Below are positions 50,400 to 62,639 of a stretch of DNA of 64,000 nucleotides, piece after piece. The number at the start of each line of letters is the position of its first letter. Positions within the stretch are counted from its first letter, which is position 1. The notes beneath the pieces are model-generated. The model was not told the DNA's origin. It saw nothing but the letters and a program-made list of their open reading frames with translations, and made no database searches. A program made the position numbers and the translations under genes. The DNA is from Mobula hypostoma (taxonomy: Eukaryota), in contig NC_086097.1 in the NCBI RefSeq assembly GCF_963921235.1, positions 214,212,001 through 214,276,000 of the forward strand, in the 5' to 3' direction.

Positions 50400-50752
50400 A
50401 TCACATTCTTTCTCGCACTCTCCTTTTTCTCCCTCTGTCCCTCTGACTATACCCCTTGCCCATCCTCTGGTTTCCCCCACCCCTTGTCTTTCTCCCCGGA
50501 CCTCCTGTCCCATGATCCTCTCATATCCCTTTTGCCAATCACCTGTCCAGCTCTTGGCTCCATCCCTCCCCCTACTGTCTTCTCCTATCATTTCGGATCT
50601 CCACCTCCCCCACCCCCCACTTTCAAATCTCTTACTAACTCTTCCTTCAGTTAGTCCTGACGAAGGGTCTCGGCCTGAAACGTCGACTGTACCTCTTCCT
50701 AGAGATGCTGCCTGGCCTGCTGTGTTCACCAGCAACTTTGATGTGTGTTGCT
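50400..50752 (+). mobile_element. Penelope-like terminal repeat (pLTR) fragment
   Basis: Close reverse-complement match to 54350-54660. Contains an intact hammerhead core. Confidence 0.82.
50652..50689 (+). ncRNA. Minimal type-I hammerhead ribozyme motif
   Basis: AGTC-CTGACGA-AGG gtctcgg CCT-GAAA-CGTC^GACT: stem I AGTC/GACT, core CUGANGA and GAAA, stem II AGG/CCT, palindromic ACGT stem III, predicted cleavage after 50684. Confidence 0.8.
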
Positions 50753-51071
50753 TGATCCACCCTATCTAGTCCTTTCAACATTTGGTAGGTTTCAACGAGA
50801 TCCCCATGCATTCTTCTAAACCCCAGTGAGTACAGGCCCAGAGCTGCCAAACGCTTCTCATATATTAACCCTTTCGTTCCCAGAATCATCTCTGGACTTT
50901 CTCCAATGACAATGCATCCTTTCTGAGATATGGGGCCCAAATTTGTCGTCAATATTCCAAGTACAGCCTGACTAGTATATTATAAAGCTTCAGCATTATC
51001 TCCTTGTTTTTATCTTCTATTTCCCTTTTAATAAATGCCAACACTGCATTTGCCTTCTTTACCACAGACTC

Positions 51072-51681
51072 AGCTTACGGAGTGTTAGCTTTCATAAGTC
51101 GAGGGATAGAGTTTAAGAGTCGCGAGGTAATGATGCAGCTCTGTAAAACTCTGGTTAGGCCACACTTGGAGTACTGTATCCAGTTCTGGTTGCCTCACTA
51201 TAGGAAGGATGTGGAAGCATTGGAAAGGGTACAGAGGAGATTTACCAGGATGCTGCCTGGTTTAGAGAGTATGCATTATGATCAGAGATTAAGGGAGCTA
51301 GGGCTTTACTCTTTGGAGAGAAGGAGGATGAGAGGAGACATGATAGAGGTGTACAAGATAATAAGAGGAATAGATAGAGTGGATAGCCAGCGCCTCTTCC
51401 CCAGGGCACCACTGCTCAATACAAGAGGACATGGCTTTAAGGTAAAGGGTGGGAAGTTCAAGGGGGATATTAGAGGAAGGTTTTTTACTCAGAGAGTGGT
51501 TGGTGCATGGAATACACTGCCTGAGTCAGTGGTGGAGGCAGATACACTCGTGAAGTTTAAGAGATTACTAGACAGGTATATGGAGGAATTTAAAGTGGGG
51601 GGTTATATGGGAGGCAGGGTTTGAGGGTTGGCACAACCTTGTGGGCTGAAGGGCCTGTACTGTGCTGTACTATTCTATGTT
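51072..51681 (+). mobile_element. Young 5'-truncated CR1 3' end
   Basis: Open ORF2 C-terminus (51004-51624 frame). Same family as 28990-30720 and 62640-64000. Confidence 0.9.
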
Positions 51682-52538
51682 CAACCTGTAAATTAACTTT
51701 CTGGGAGTCTTGTACAAGGACTCCCAAGTCTCTTTGCACCACTGATGTTTGATTTTTTTTTCCCCATTTAGATAATAGCCCGCACTAGTATTTCTTTCAC
51801 CAAAAATGCATTATCGTGCATTTCCCAATACTATATTCCATCTGCCACTTTTTTTTTAATCCATTCTTCAAATTTGTCTATGTCCTGCTGCAATCACCTT
51901 GCTTCCTGTGCACTACCTACCCCTCCAGCTATCTTCGTATCATCTGCAAATTTTAACACCAAGCCATCAATTCCATTATCCAAATCATTGACAAACCATG
52001 TGAAAAGTAGCAGTCCCAATACTGATGCCTGAGGAACACCACTAGTCACTGGCAGCCAACCAGAAAAGGCCCCTTTTATTTCCACTTGCTGCCTCCTGCC
52101 TGTCAGCCATCTTGCTATCCATGCATATATTTTTCTTGTAACACCATAGGATTTTATCTTGTTAAGCAGCCTCATGTGAGGCACTTTATCAAATGCCTTC
52201 TGAAAATATAAATAAATGATAACCACTGCCTCTCCTTTGTTCACCCTGCTTATTATTCCACAAAGAATTCCAACAGATTTGTCAGGCAAGATTTCCCTTT
52301 ACAGAAACCATGCTGACTTTGATTTATTTTATCATTAGTCTCCAAGTATCCCGAAGCCTCATCCTTAATAATGGACTCCAACACTTCCCCAACCAGTAAG
52401 GTTGGGCTAACTGGCCTATAATTTCCTCTCTTTTGTCTCCCTCCCTTTTAAAAGAATGGAATGACATTTGCAACCTTCCAATTCTCTGGGACCATGCCAG
52501 AATCAAGTGTTTCTTGAAAGATCATGATCAATGAATCC

Positions 52539-52740
52539 AAACACGAGGAAATCTGCAGATGCTAGAAATTCAAGCAATACACAAAACGCTGGTGGAACGC
52601 AGCAGGCCAGACAGCATCCATAGGAAGAAGCACAGTTGACATTTCAGGCCAAGACCCTCGTCAGGTCTCGGCCTGAAACGTCAACTGCCTCGTCTTATGG
52701 ATGCTGTCTGGCCTGCTGTATTCCACCAGCATCTGTGTGT
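52539..52740. mobile_element. Penelope-derived hairpin insertion
   Basis: Inverted arms, 14-bp TSD TGATCAATGAATCC / TGATCAATGGATCC (52525-52538, 52741-52754), and hammerhead remnants at the centre. Confidence 0.82.
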
Positions 52741-54349
52741 TGATCAATGGATCCGTTATGTCTTCAGCAACCTGTCTCAGGACTCTGGGATGTAGTCTAT
52801 CTGGTCCAGGTGACTTTTCGACCTTACGACCTTAGAGTTTGCCTAGCACTCTTTTCCTTTGTAATAGCAATGGCACTCACTCCTGCTCCCTGTCACTCAT
52901 GAACCTCTCACGTACAGCTAATGTCTTCCACAGTAAAGACTGAAGTACTCATTAAGTTCATCTACCATTTCTTTGTCCCCCATTGCTACCAAACCAGCAT
53001 CATTTTCCAGTGATCCAATATCAACTCCCACCTCCCTTTTATTCTTTATATAACTGAAAAAAACTTTTAGTATCCTGCTTTATATTATCGGCTAGTTTGC
53101 CCTCATATTTCATCTTTTCCCTTTTTACGCTTTTCTAGTTGCCTTTTGTTGGATTTTAAAAGCTTCCCAATCATCCAACTTCCTACTCACTTTTGCTACC
53201 TTATATGCCCTTTCCTTGGCTTTTATGCAGTCCTCACTTCCCTTGTCAGCCATGGTTGCCTACCTCTGCCATTTGAGAACAACTTTTTCTGTGGGACATA
53301 TCTATCCTGTACCTTGTGAACGGTACCCAGAAACTTCAGCCACCTCTGCCCTGCCATCATCCCCCCCAATATCCTCCTCCAATCCACCTGGGCAAGCTCC
53401 TTTCTCATGTCTCTCTGATTCCCTTAATGTTTTTTCACCCTTGCAGTTTCTTAACTCCACCCAGAAAGATTCGCTATTCTCTGACCCTGTGTCACCTCTT
53501 TCTAAAGATGTAATTCTATCTCTTACCAATAGAGCCATTGGTTACCTTGTGTGCAATGACAGTGGTGTCCAGTTTCAGGCACCTTAGGGGCTTTCCTTTG
53601 TCTCCAGGCACTTGTCTTCACACTGAGGTCATCACCAATTCTGAAGAACCATTGGGAAAGTGTGCTGCAGATACAGGAGGGCCCACTTGCACTCTTAGCT
53701 ATGTATCTGTTTGTTGATCATTTAGCCTTGTAGTTGTGTAACTCGGGGAGACTTAATGAGGTACTTGTTGAGCCTGAAGCGTTGCTGAATGTTTGGTATT
53801 GTTGTTCATGTAACTTACGGTAGCTTAGATGTTTAGAATATTTTACCCCTTCTCTGAAAATAAATGGTTAATGTGCTTATTTGCAATCAGTACCTTCTGT
53901 CTCACTTACCAAACCCATGAATCTGCTTCCTCGTAACATTTGGTGACAGTCCTCATACCAATCGTTAGACACCAGACAATGACAGTACTCTCACTTAAAT
54001 ACCATGAATGAATGTCAACAAATGTTGAACTTCTGCCAATCGATTATACTTCTGTAGAAGATTCTCTATTTTCCCTTCCAAGCATCCTGCAAAGTCCCTT
54101 CATATAGATGAGGCACTAGGACATGTTGGCATTGGATCATGAGAGGAGGGGAATGTGGAACCCTGCAATACCAAAAACAATAGCTCAGAAGGATGCATGC
54201 AGCAGATCTCTAAGCAAGCTCCTCTTTGCATCACCTACAGCTGTCAGACCTCATCGTATCAGCATCCCGGACATCCAGATATGATCAAGCTGCTTCGACA
54301 GCCACTCCCATTTATACATTCCTGCAGAGAGCAAACCAGGTTCAGTTTT

Positions 54350-55102
54350 TAACATACATCAAAATTGCTGGTGAACGCAGCAGGCCAGGCAGCATCTCTA
54401 GGAAGAGGTACAGTCGATGTTTCAGGCCGAGACCCTTCATCAGGACTAACTGAAGGAAGGGATAGTAAGAGATTTGAAAGTGGGAGGGGGAGGGGGAGAT
54501 CCAAAATGATAGGAGAAGACAGGAGGGGGAGGGATGGAGCCAAGAGCTGGACAGGTGATTGGCAAAAGGGATATGAGAGGATCATGGGACAGGAGGCCCA
54601 GGGAGAAGGAAAAGGCGGGGAGGGGAGAGGAGGGGGACAGAGAGAGAGAATGTGTGTATATAAATAAATAACAGATGGGGTACAAGGGGGAGGTGGGGCA
54701 TTAGCGGAAGTTAGAGAAGTCAATGTTCATGCCATCAGGTTGGAGGCTACCCAGACGGAATGTAAGGTGTTCCTCCAATCTGAGTGTGGCTTCATCTGTG
54801 TGGCCACTGGGAGATCCTACTTTCTCTGGCGGTCAGAGCGTAGGTGTTCAGCAAAACGATCTCCCAGTCTGCGTCAGGTCTCGCCAATATATAGAAGGCC
54901 ATATCGGGAGCACCAGACGCAGTACATCACCCCAGCCGACTCACAGGAGAAGTGTCGCTTCACCTGGAAGGACTGTCTGGAGCCCTGAATGGTGGTAAGG
55001 GAGGAAGTGTAAGGGCATGTGTAGCACTTGTTCCGCTTACAAGGATAAGTGCCAGGAGGGAGGTCAGTGGGGAGGGATGGGAGGGACGAATGGACAAGGG
55101 AG
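54350..55102 (-). mobile_element. 5'-truncated Penelope-like (Neptune-type) retroelement: Cys linker, GIY-YIG endonuclease and terminal repeat
   Basis: Manual minus-strand translation: GTYPCKRNKCYTCPY...FSCESAGVMYCVWCSRYGLLYIGET*RRLGDRFAEHLRS...FRLGSLQPDGMNIDFSNFR*. It has stops and an internal deletion. Confidence 0.9.
54412..54447 (-). ncRNA. Minimal type-I hammerhead ribozyme motif (AUC variant)
   Basis: AGTC-CTGATGA-AGG gtctcgg CCT-GAAA-CATC^GACT. The core is intact but the stem III palindrome is broken by a G>A change. Confidence 0.7.
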
Positions 55103-55239
55103 TAACCATGTTTTGAGCATTATTCTAAATAAAGACTGAACCTTGTGCATTTGTTTCAATTCAAATTTGAAAGGTAGTTTAAAAATATTTTAGGAACCCC
55201 TATATTTTGAAATATTTATGAAACAATTGTAATGCAATT

Positions 55240-55830
55240 GTATATCACTGAGGACCTCACGTGGTCTGTACACACCAGCTGTGTGGTGAAAAAGGCACAA
55301 CAGCGCCTCTTTCACCTCAGATGGTTGAGGAAGTTTGGTATGGGCCTCCAAATCCTAAGAACTTTCTACTGGGGCACAATTGAGAGCATCCTGACTGGCT
55401 GCATCACTGCCTGGTATGGGAACTGTACCTCTCTTAATCGCAGGATTCTGCAGATAGCGGTGCAGACAGCCCAGCGCATCTGTAGTTGTGAACTTCCCGT
55501 GATTCAGGATGTTTACAAAGACAGGTGTGAAAAAAGGGCCCAAAGGATCATTGGGTCCCGAGTCACCCCAACCATGATCTATTTCAGCTGCTACCATCCA
55601 GGAAATGGTACTGAAGCATAAAAGCCAGGACCAACAAGCTCCGGGACAGCTTCTTCCACCAGGCCATCAGACTGATTAACGCTGATTTGAGTGTATTTCT
55701 ATGTTAAATTGACTGTTCTATTTATTACAAATTATAGTGATTACATATTTAGTTGGAGACGTAACATAGAGATGTTTACTCCTCATGTATGTGAAGGATG
55801 TAAGAAATAAAGTCAATTAAATTCATTTCA
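55240..55830 (+). mobile_element. Rex1/Babar-like LINE 3' fragment
   Basis: ITEDLTWS.HT..VKKAQQRLF.LR.LRKFG, plus an aataaa..(ttcaa)n tail. Confidence 0.8.
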
Positions 55831-56879
55831 ATTCAAATAAGTTCTTTTCATATATATGCATTCAATGTTTTGCCAAGTTGTCTTTTTCTGTCTGACTAAA
55901 AGTTTATCCAGATTTAATTATCACATGTACATTGAAACATACAGTGCAGTGTGTATTTGCATGAACAACCGAAACACCCAAGATGTGCCTGGGACAGCCT
56001 GCAAGTGGAGCATTCATTCTAACACCCATAGTGTTCAATATAACAACAGAAGCAGCAGCAGCAACAACCACAAAAGAAAACAAGACAACAACAACAAAGA
56101 ACCCTCCTTTCCCACTCTTCCACCCACGCACATACAGACAGGCTTCCAACTGAGGACAGGCTGCTTCTGGGCCTCCAGTTTCTGGCCCCAGACTCTCAGA
56201 CATCGGGCCTCCAATCTTCAGGCCTTTACCTCCAGACATGCTGACTTTGATGTTTGACCTTTGGGCTTCTCCCTCTGACATGCTGAGCACTCAACTTCAA
56301 CCATCGGCTTTCCCTTCAGACTTTGCTGACTTCTAGGTATTGACTGCAGTATTCACCGATCACAGGTTTGAGGTTTGGGCCTCGATTTTCAGACTTGCAT
56401 GGACCACCGACCCTGACGACCTGAGGGTGGTGGGGGGGGGCTACCAGCCCTCGTAATTTCTGCCCATAGGGACCAGTGACCTGGCACTCATTGACCTGGG
56501 AATTGCTGGTCTCCTCAGCACTTGCTGAACCAACCTCCGCTGCAGCCTGGACTCCATGTACCTCTTCTTGCCCCTGACTCTTCACTTACTGCCCCTGACC
56601 TCTACCTCTCACTCATTCCTGTCCCAAAACCCTAGCCCGACCCCATAACTCCTCACGCTGTCCCACAAACCATCCCTACAAATATTAAACAACTAAGACT
56701 GAGTCACAACATCAATAGTCATTGCAGCTCATGCTGCATGTGATCAGTAATGTTTCCTTGGCTTAAGCCTGTTTTTGGTATTTAGACAATATCTTTACAC
56801 AATGACTCAGGGTCAGTATTCATTTTATTAAAATGTGTCCAAATTCTTTCCCACTATACAGCAAGAGAAATTTAGTATT

Positions 56880-57040
56880 CTTCCAGGTGCACCAGTTTCC
56901 TCCCACAGTCCAAAGATGTACCGGTTAGTAGGTTAGTTTGTCATTGTAAATTGTTCCGTGATTAGACTAGGGTTAAATCAATGGGTTGCTGGGCAGAGCA
57001 GCTCAAGGGGCAGGAAAGGCTTGTTTAGAGCTGTATCTCT
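56880..57040 (+). mobile_element. V-SINE (HE1-like) core and 3' fragment
   Basis: gtttcctcccacagtccaaagatgt..gttag..gtcattgtaaattg V-domain-like motif. Weaker minus-strand copies at about 17950-18110 and 28270-28430. Confidence 0.6.
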
Positions 57041-57654
57041 AAATTTAAAAAATATGTTTGCCTTTCTTGTAATTTTCTTGGTAATTTTGAGATGTTAGCA
57101 ATGACTGAAAGTTTAATCTAAGTGAACTTAAAGTTATACTGGTTCTCTGTTCATTACCTTCATTCCACCAAAGGGCACATGTGACCTTCTTATTGAGAAG
57201 AAAGCTGTTGCAATGGAATGAGCTCTTTTAGACTGCAAATCCAAGGTCAGAAGTAGTGCTCAATGCTGTACAGATTGTTTTCAGAAACTGTTTCTGAAGG
57301 GCATCATGTTGCAAAATCATGCCGTATCATCAGATAACTATTGCAAATAAATGAGACGCCACTGTGTGAAAGTTGAAAACAATGGGTAAAAGAACATACC
57401 ATTGAGCAAGATAATCTTTTCATCCTTATCAGTAGATTATATTATTGTCAAAGTGTACATGAAATCCCAAATATCATATTTATTAATGTTTTAGACAAAA
57501 GTCACTTACTTTAGCAGTTTTTTCCCAATTTGTATTATCTTCAGAGGAAAGGACTACAAATGTCCTTGTTTTTAATTTGGCCTCTGGGTGAACTGCCAGT
57601 ACTAATGCCCAGGCAATGATGTGTTATGCTTAGCCCCCGATTAAGCACACAGTT

Positions 57655-58340
57655 CACTGATGACACCACTACTGTTGGCTGAATCAAAGGCGGAGATGAA
57701 TCAGCAGAAAGGAATGAGATTGAAAATCTGTCTGAGTGGTGCCACAACAACAACCTCTCTCTCAATGTCAGCAAAACCAAGGAACTGATTATTGACTTCA
57801 GCAGGAGGAAACCAGAGGCCCATGAGCCAGTCCTTGCTGGGGGGAATCAGAGGTGGAGAGGGTCAGCAACTTTAAATTCCTCGGCATTATCATGTGTTGT
57901 CCTGGGCCCAGCACATAAGCGCAATTACAGAAAAAGCACGGCAGTACCTCTACTTCATTGGAGTTTGCAAAGAATCAGCGTGACATCTAAAACTTTGACA
58001 AACTTTTATAGTTATGTGGTGGAGAATATATCGACTTGGTTGCATCTCAGCCTGCTGTGGAAACACCAATGCCCTGGAGCAGAAATTCCTACAAAAATAG
58101 TGGATACAGCCCAGTCCATCATGTGTAAAGCCCTCCCCACCATTGAACACATCTACATGAAGCGCTGTCACAGGAAAGCAGCATCCATCATCAGGAATCC
58201 CCACCACCCAGGTCATGCTCTCTTCTCGCTGCTGCCATCAGGAAGGAGGTACAGGGGACTCACACCACCAGGTTCAGGAACAGTTATTACCCCTCGGTGA
58301 TAAAGCTCCTGAACCAATGGGGATAACTTCACTCAACTTA
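57655..58340 (+). mobile_element. Rex1/Babar-like LINE fragment
   Basis: DDTT.VG, WCHNNNL.LNV.KTKEL and HPGHALFSLLPSGRRYR motifs. Confidence 0.78.
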
Positions 58341-58349
58341 TAACAACTG

Positions 58350-61300
58350 TATACAGGAACCATATAACAATTATAGCACAGAAACAGGCCATCTCGGCCC
58401 TTCTAGTCCGTGCTGAACTCCTACTCTCACCTAGTCCCACCAACCTGCACTCGGTCCATAACCCTCCATTCCCTTCCTGTCCATATATCTGTCCAATTTA
58501 ACCTTAAATGACAACATCGAACCTGCCTCAACCACTTCTGCTGGAAGCTCGTTCCACACAGCCACCACTCTCTGAGTAAAGAAGTTCCCCCTCATGTTAC
58601 CCCTAAACTTTTGCCCTTTAACTCTCAACTCATGTCCTGTTTGAATCTCCCCCACTCTCAATGGAAAAAGCCTATCCACGTTGTTACGTACCCCGTAACC
58701 GGGTTGCCAAACCAGCAGAAATGGATCACTCAGTTGGAGTCTGGAGTACTAGAACTAAGAAAGTTTTATTAAAGAAACAAGCAACACAGTAATCGAAAGG
58801 ATAATAAATGCAACAGTTCAACAATGATAACCACACATGTGCACAGAATTAAGATAACAGCATCAATCAAGCTCTATCGTTGTCTAGGGGTAAATGACCA
58901 AATTTCAAAATGACTCAAAGTTCAGTCCAGTTCAGTTCGCAGTAATCGTTGCCATGGCGATGGACAACGTGGGGGAACAGAGAGATAGAACAGGAACAAC
59001 TGATCATTCAGAACACTGCTTCACTCACAGACCGGCGAGATGGCTCACAAGCAACTTTTGGGCGGGTCCTTGGTGATGTCACCTGAGGTCACCGACTGTG
59101 ACCCCTCCTCCAGATGCGGTCGATCCTCTGCAGTGAACCCGGCACCCAGGCAAGGGCGGACACACACCGGGTTCCCGCTGATCGTACCTTTCCACCCTGG
59201 TTGTTGTCTGGTACTTCTCACCCACTCGTGAGAGGCGCACCGCTTCCAGGGTCTCGTTACCTCGGGTGGCGTGTGTCCTGCCTTAGCGAACCGGTCCCTT
59301 TTTATCCCCCTGCTGGGGCATCGCCTGTCCATCACTTCAAACAGTTCAAGGTTCAAAGGGGGGAGCCGCTCCAGACAGCTCTCTCTCCCCCGTTCCTTCA
59401 TTACACATCTCCAGACGCTGCTCCATTGTTCCTTATCTCTCCTTCCCCTGAGGGCAGGTGGCAGACCACTTGCTGATGTCACTGATGCTAACCCAGGCCA
59501 GCAAACATCTTAATTTTATGTGTATTCTCGTAACAACGTCAATTCCATCAATCCTCCTCAATTTTAAATGCCTCTATCAAGTCCCCTCTCAACCTTTTAC
59601 GCTCCAAAGAATAAAGACTTAACTTGTTCAACCTTTCTCTGTAACTTAGGAGATGAAACCCGGGTAACATTTTAGTAAACCTCCTCTGTACTCTCTCAAT
59701 TTTATTGACATCTTTCCTATAATTCGGTGACCAGAACTGTACACAATACTCCAAATTTGGCCTTACTAGTGCCTTATACAATTTCAACATTACATCCCAA
59801 CTCCTATACTCAATGCTCTAATTAATAAAGCCCAGCATACCAAAAGCTTTCTTCACCACCCTATCCACATGAGATTCCACCTTCAGGGAACTACGTACCA
59901 TTATTCCTAGATCGCTCTGTTCTACAGCATTCTTCAAGGCCCTACCATTTACCATGCATGTCCTATTTTGATTAGTCCTACCAAAATGTAGCACCTCACA
60001 TTTTTCAGCATTAAACTCCATCTGCCATCTTTCAGCCCACTCTTCTAACTGGCCTAAATCTCTCTGCAAGCTTTGAAAACCTACTTCATTATCCACCACA
60101 CCACCTATCTTAGTATCATCTGCATACTTACTAACCCAATTTACCACCCCATCAACAAGATCATTAATATATATGACAAACAACTTTGGACCCAGTACAG
60201 ATCCCTGAGGCACACCGCTACACACCGTCCTCCAATCTGACACACAGTTATCCACCACTACTCTCTGGCATCTCCCATCCAGCCACTGCTGAATCCATTT
60301 TACTACTTCGATATTAATGCCTAACGATTGAACCTTCCTAACTAACCTTCCATGTGGAACCTTGTCAAAGGCCTTACTGAAGTCCGTATAGACAACATCC
60401 ACCGCTTTACCCTCATCAACTTTCCTAGTAACCTCATCAAAAAATTCAATAAGATTTGTTAAACATGACCTTCCATGCACAAATCCATGTTGACTGTTCC
60501 TAATCAGACCCTGTCTATCCAGAATATTATATATACCATCTCTAAGAATACGTTCCATCAATTTACCCACAACTGACATCGAACTCACAGGCCGATAATT
60601 GCTAGATTTACTCTTAGAACCCTTTTTAAACAATGGAACCACATGAACAATATGCCAATCCTCCGGCACCATCCCTGTTTCTAATGACATTTGAAATATT
60701 TCTGTCAGAGCCCCTGCTATTGCCACACTAACTTCCCTCAAGGTCCTAGGGAATATCCTGTCAGGACCCGGAGATTTATCCACTTCTATATTCCTTAAAA
60801 GCGCCAGTACTTCCTCTTCTTTAGTTGTCATACTTTCCATAACTACCCTTCTTGTTTCCTTTACCTTACACAATTCAATATCCTTCTCCTTCGTGAATAC
60901 CGAAGAAAGTAATTGTTCAAAATCTCCCCCATCTCTTTTGGCTTCGCACATAGCCATCCACTCTGATTCTCTAAGGGACCAATTTTATCTCTCACTATCC
61001 TTTTGCTATTTATATAACTGTAGAAACCCTTTGGATTTATTTTCACCTTACTTGCTAAAGCTGCCTCGTATCTTCTTTTAGCTTTTCTAATTTCTTTCTT
61101 AAGATTCTTTTTACATTCTTTATATTCCTTGAACACCTCTAACTCCAAGCAGCCTATATTTATTGTAAATCCCTCTCTTTTTCCAAACCAAGTTTCCTAT
61201 ATCCCTTGAAAACCATGGCTCTCTCAAACTTTTAACCTTTCCTTTCAACCTAACAGGAACATAAAGATCCTGTACCCTCAAAATTTCACCTTTAAATGAC

Positions 61301-62350
61301 TTCCATTTCTCTATTACATCCTTTCCATAAAACAAATTGTCCCAATCCACTCCTTCTAAATCCCTTCGCATCTCCTCAAAGTTAGCCTTTCTCCAATCAA
61401 AAATCTCAACCCTGGGTCCAGTCCTATCCGTCTCCATAATTATATTGAAACTAATGGCATTGTGATCACTGGACCCGAAGTGCTCCCCAAAACATACCTC
61501 CGTCACCTGCCCTATCTCATTCCCTAACAGGAGATCCAACACTGCCCCTTCTCTAGTTGGTACCTCTATGTATTGCTGCAAAAAACTATCTTGCACACAT
61601 TTTACAAACTCCAAACCATCCAGCCCTTTACAGAATGGGCTTCCCAGTCTATGTGTGGAAAATTAAAATCTCCCACAATCACAACCTTGTGCTTACTACA
61701 AATATCTGCTATCTCCTTACAAATTTGCTCCTCCAGTTCTCGGTCCCCATTAGGTGGTCTATAATACACCCCTATAAGCATTTTCTCTGACAAGCATTGC
61801 AACACCTCCCCCTCTTGCCCCTCCTATTCTATCACACCTGAAGCAATGAAATCCTGGAATATTTAGTTGCCAATCACACCCCTCCTGCAACCATGTTTCA
61901 CTAATAGCTACAACATCATCTTTCCAGGTATCAATCTATGCTCTAAGCTCATCCACCTTTCTTACAATGCTCCTAGCATTAAAATAGATGCATTTAAGAA
62001 ACTCTCCACCTCTTACTCTCTTTTTATCCATAATGGAGCAAACAACTTTGTTATCTTTTTCTTCCTTGTCCCCTATATCTTTGGTCTGAGTGCTCCTGAT
62101 CTCTGTCCCCTGTCTATCCTCCCTCCCACACTGTCTACAAGCTTTCTAGCTTTCTCTATTTGTGAACTAACCTTCTCTCTCCTAGTCTCTTTAATTTGAT
62201 TCCCACCCCCCAACCACTCTAGTTTAAAGTCACCTCAGTAGCCCTCACAAACCTCCCCGCCAGGATATTGGTCCCCCTAGGATTCTAGTGTAACCCGTCC
62301 TTTTTGTACAGGTCACACCTGCACCAAAAGAGGTCCCAATGATCCAAAAA
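58350..62350 (-). mobile_element. CR1 LINE from the ORF1 C-terminus to the 3' end, interrupted by a solo LTR
   Basis: ORF1 esterase-like tail (FLDHWDLFW.R.DLYKKDGLH) at about 62230-62345, APE at 61120-61805, RT at 59818-60957 (YADD) and the 3' end at about 58350-58680. Confidence 0.92.
58682..59535 (-). mobile_element. Solo LTR (Gypsy-type, 854 bp)
   Basis: TGTTACG...CGTAACA termini, 4-bp TSD ACGT (58678-58681, 59536-59539), and minus-strand AATAAA at 58765-58770. Confidence 0.88.
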
Positions 62351-62639
62351 CTTGAATCCCCATCTTGCCCCATCACTAAAATGTTCCCGCAATCATTGGA
62401 CCCACTTTCAAGAACTCCAATTCAAGTTCTCAATATTTATTGCTTATTTATTTATATATTATTTGTTTTGTATTTGCACTATTTATTGTCTTTTGCATAT
62501 TGGTTGCTTGTCCATCCTGTTGGGTGTGGTCTTTCATTGATTCTATTCTGGTACTTGGATTTACTGAGTATGCCCGCAAGAAAGAAAACAAATCTCAGGG
62601 ATGTATATGGTGACATATATGTACTTTCATAATACGTTT

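Larger units (their letters stand above)
50075..53540 (-). mobile_element. Decayed CR1 LINE hosting three younger insertions
   Basis: CR1 3' end at about 50075, RT ORFs 51894-52506 and an APE remnant at 53302-53538. Confidence 0.85.

Noticed and set aside
55860..56720. ORFs and loose ctgacc-type periodicity
   Set aside because: Low-complexity and degenerate, with no consistent repeat unit or coding motif.
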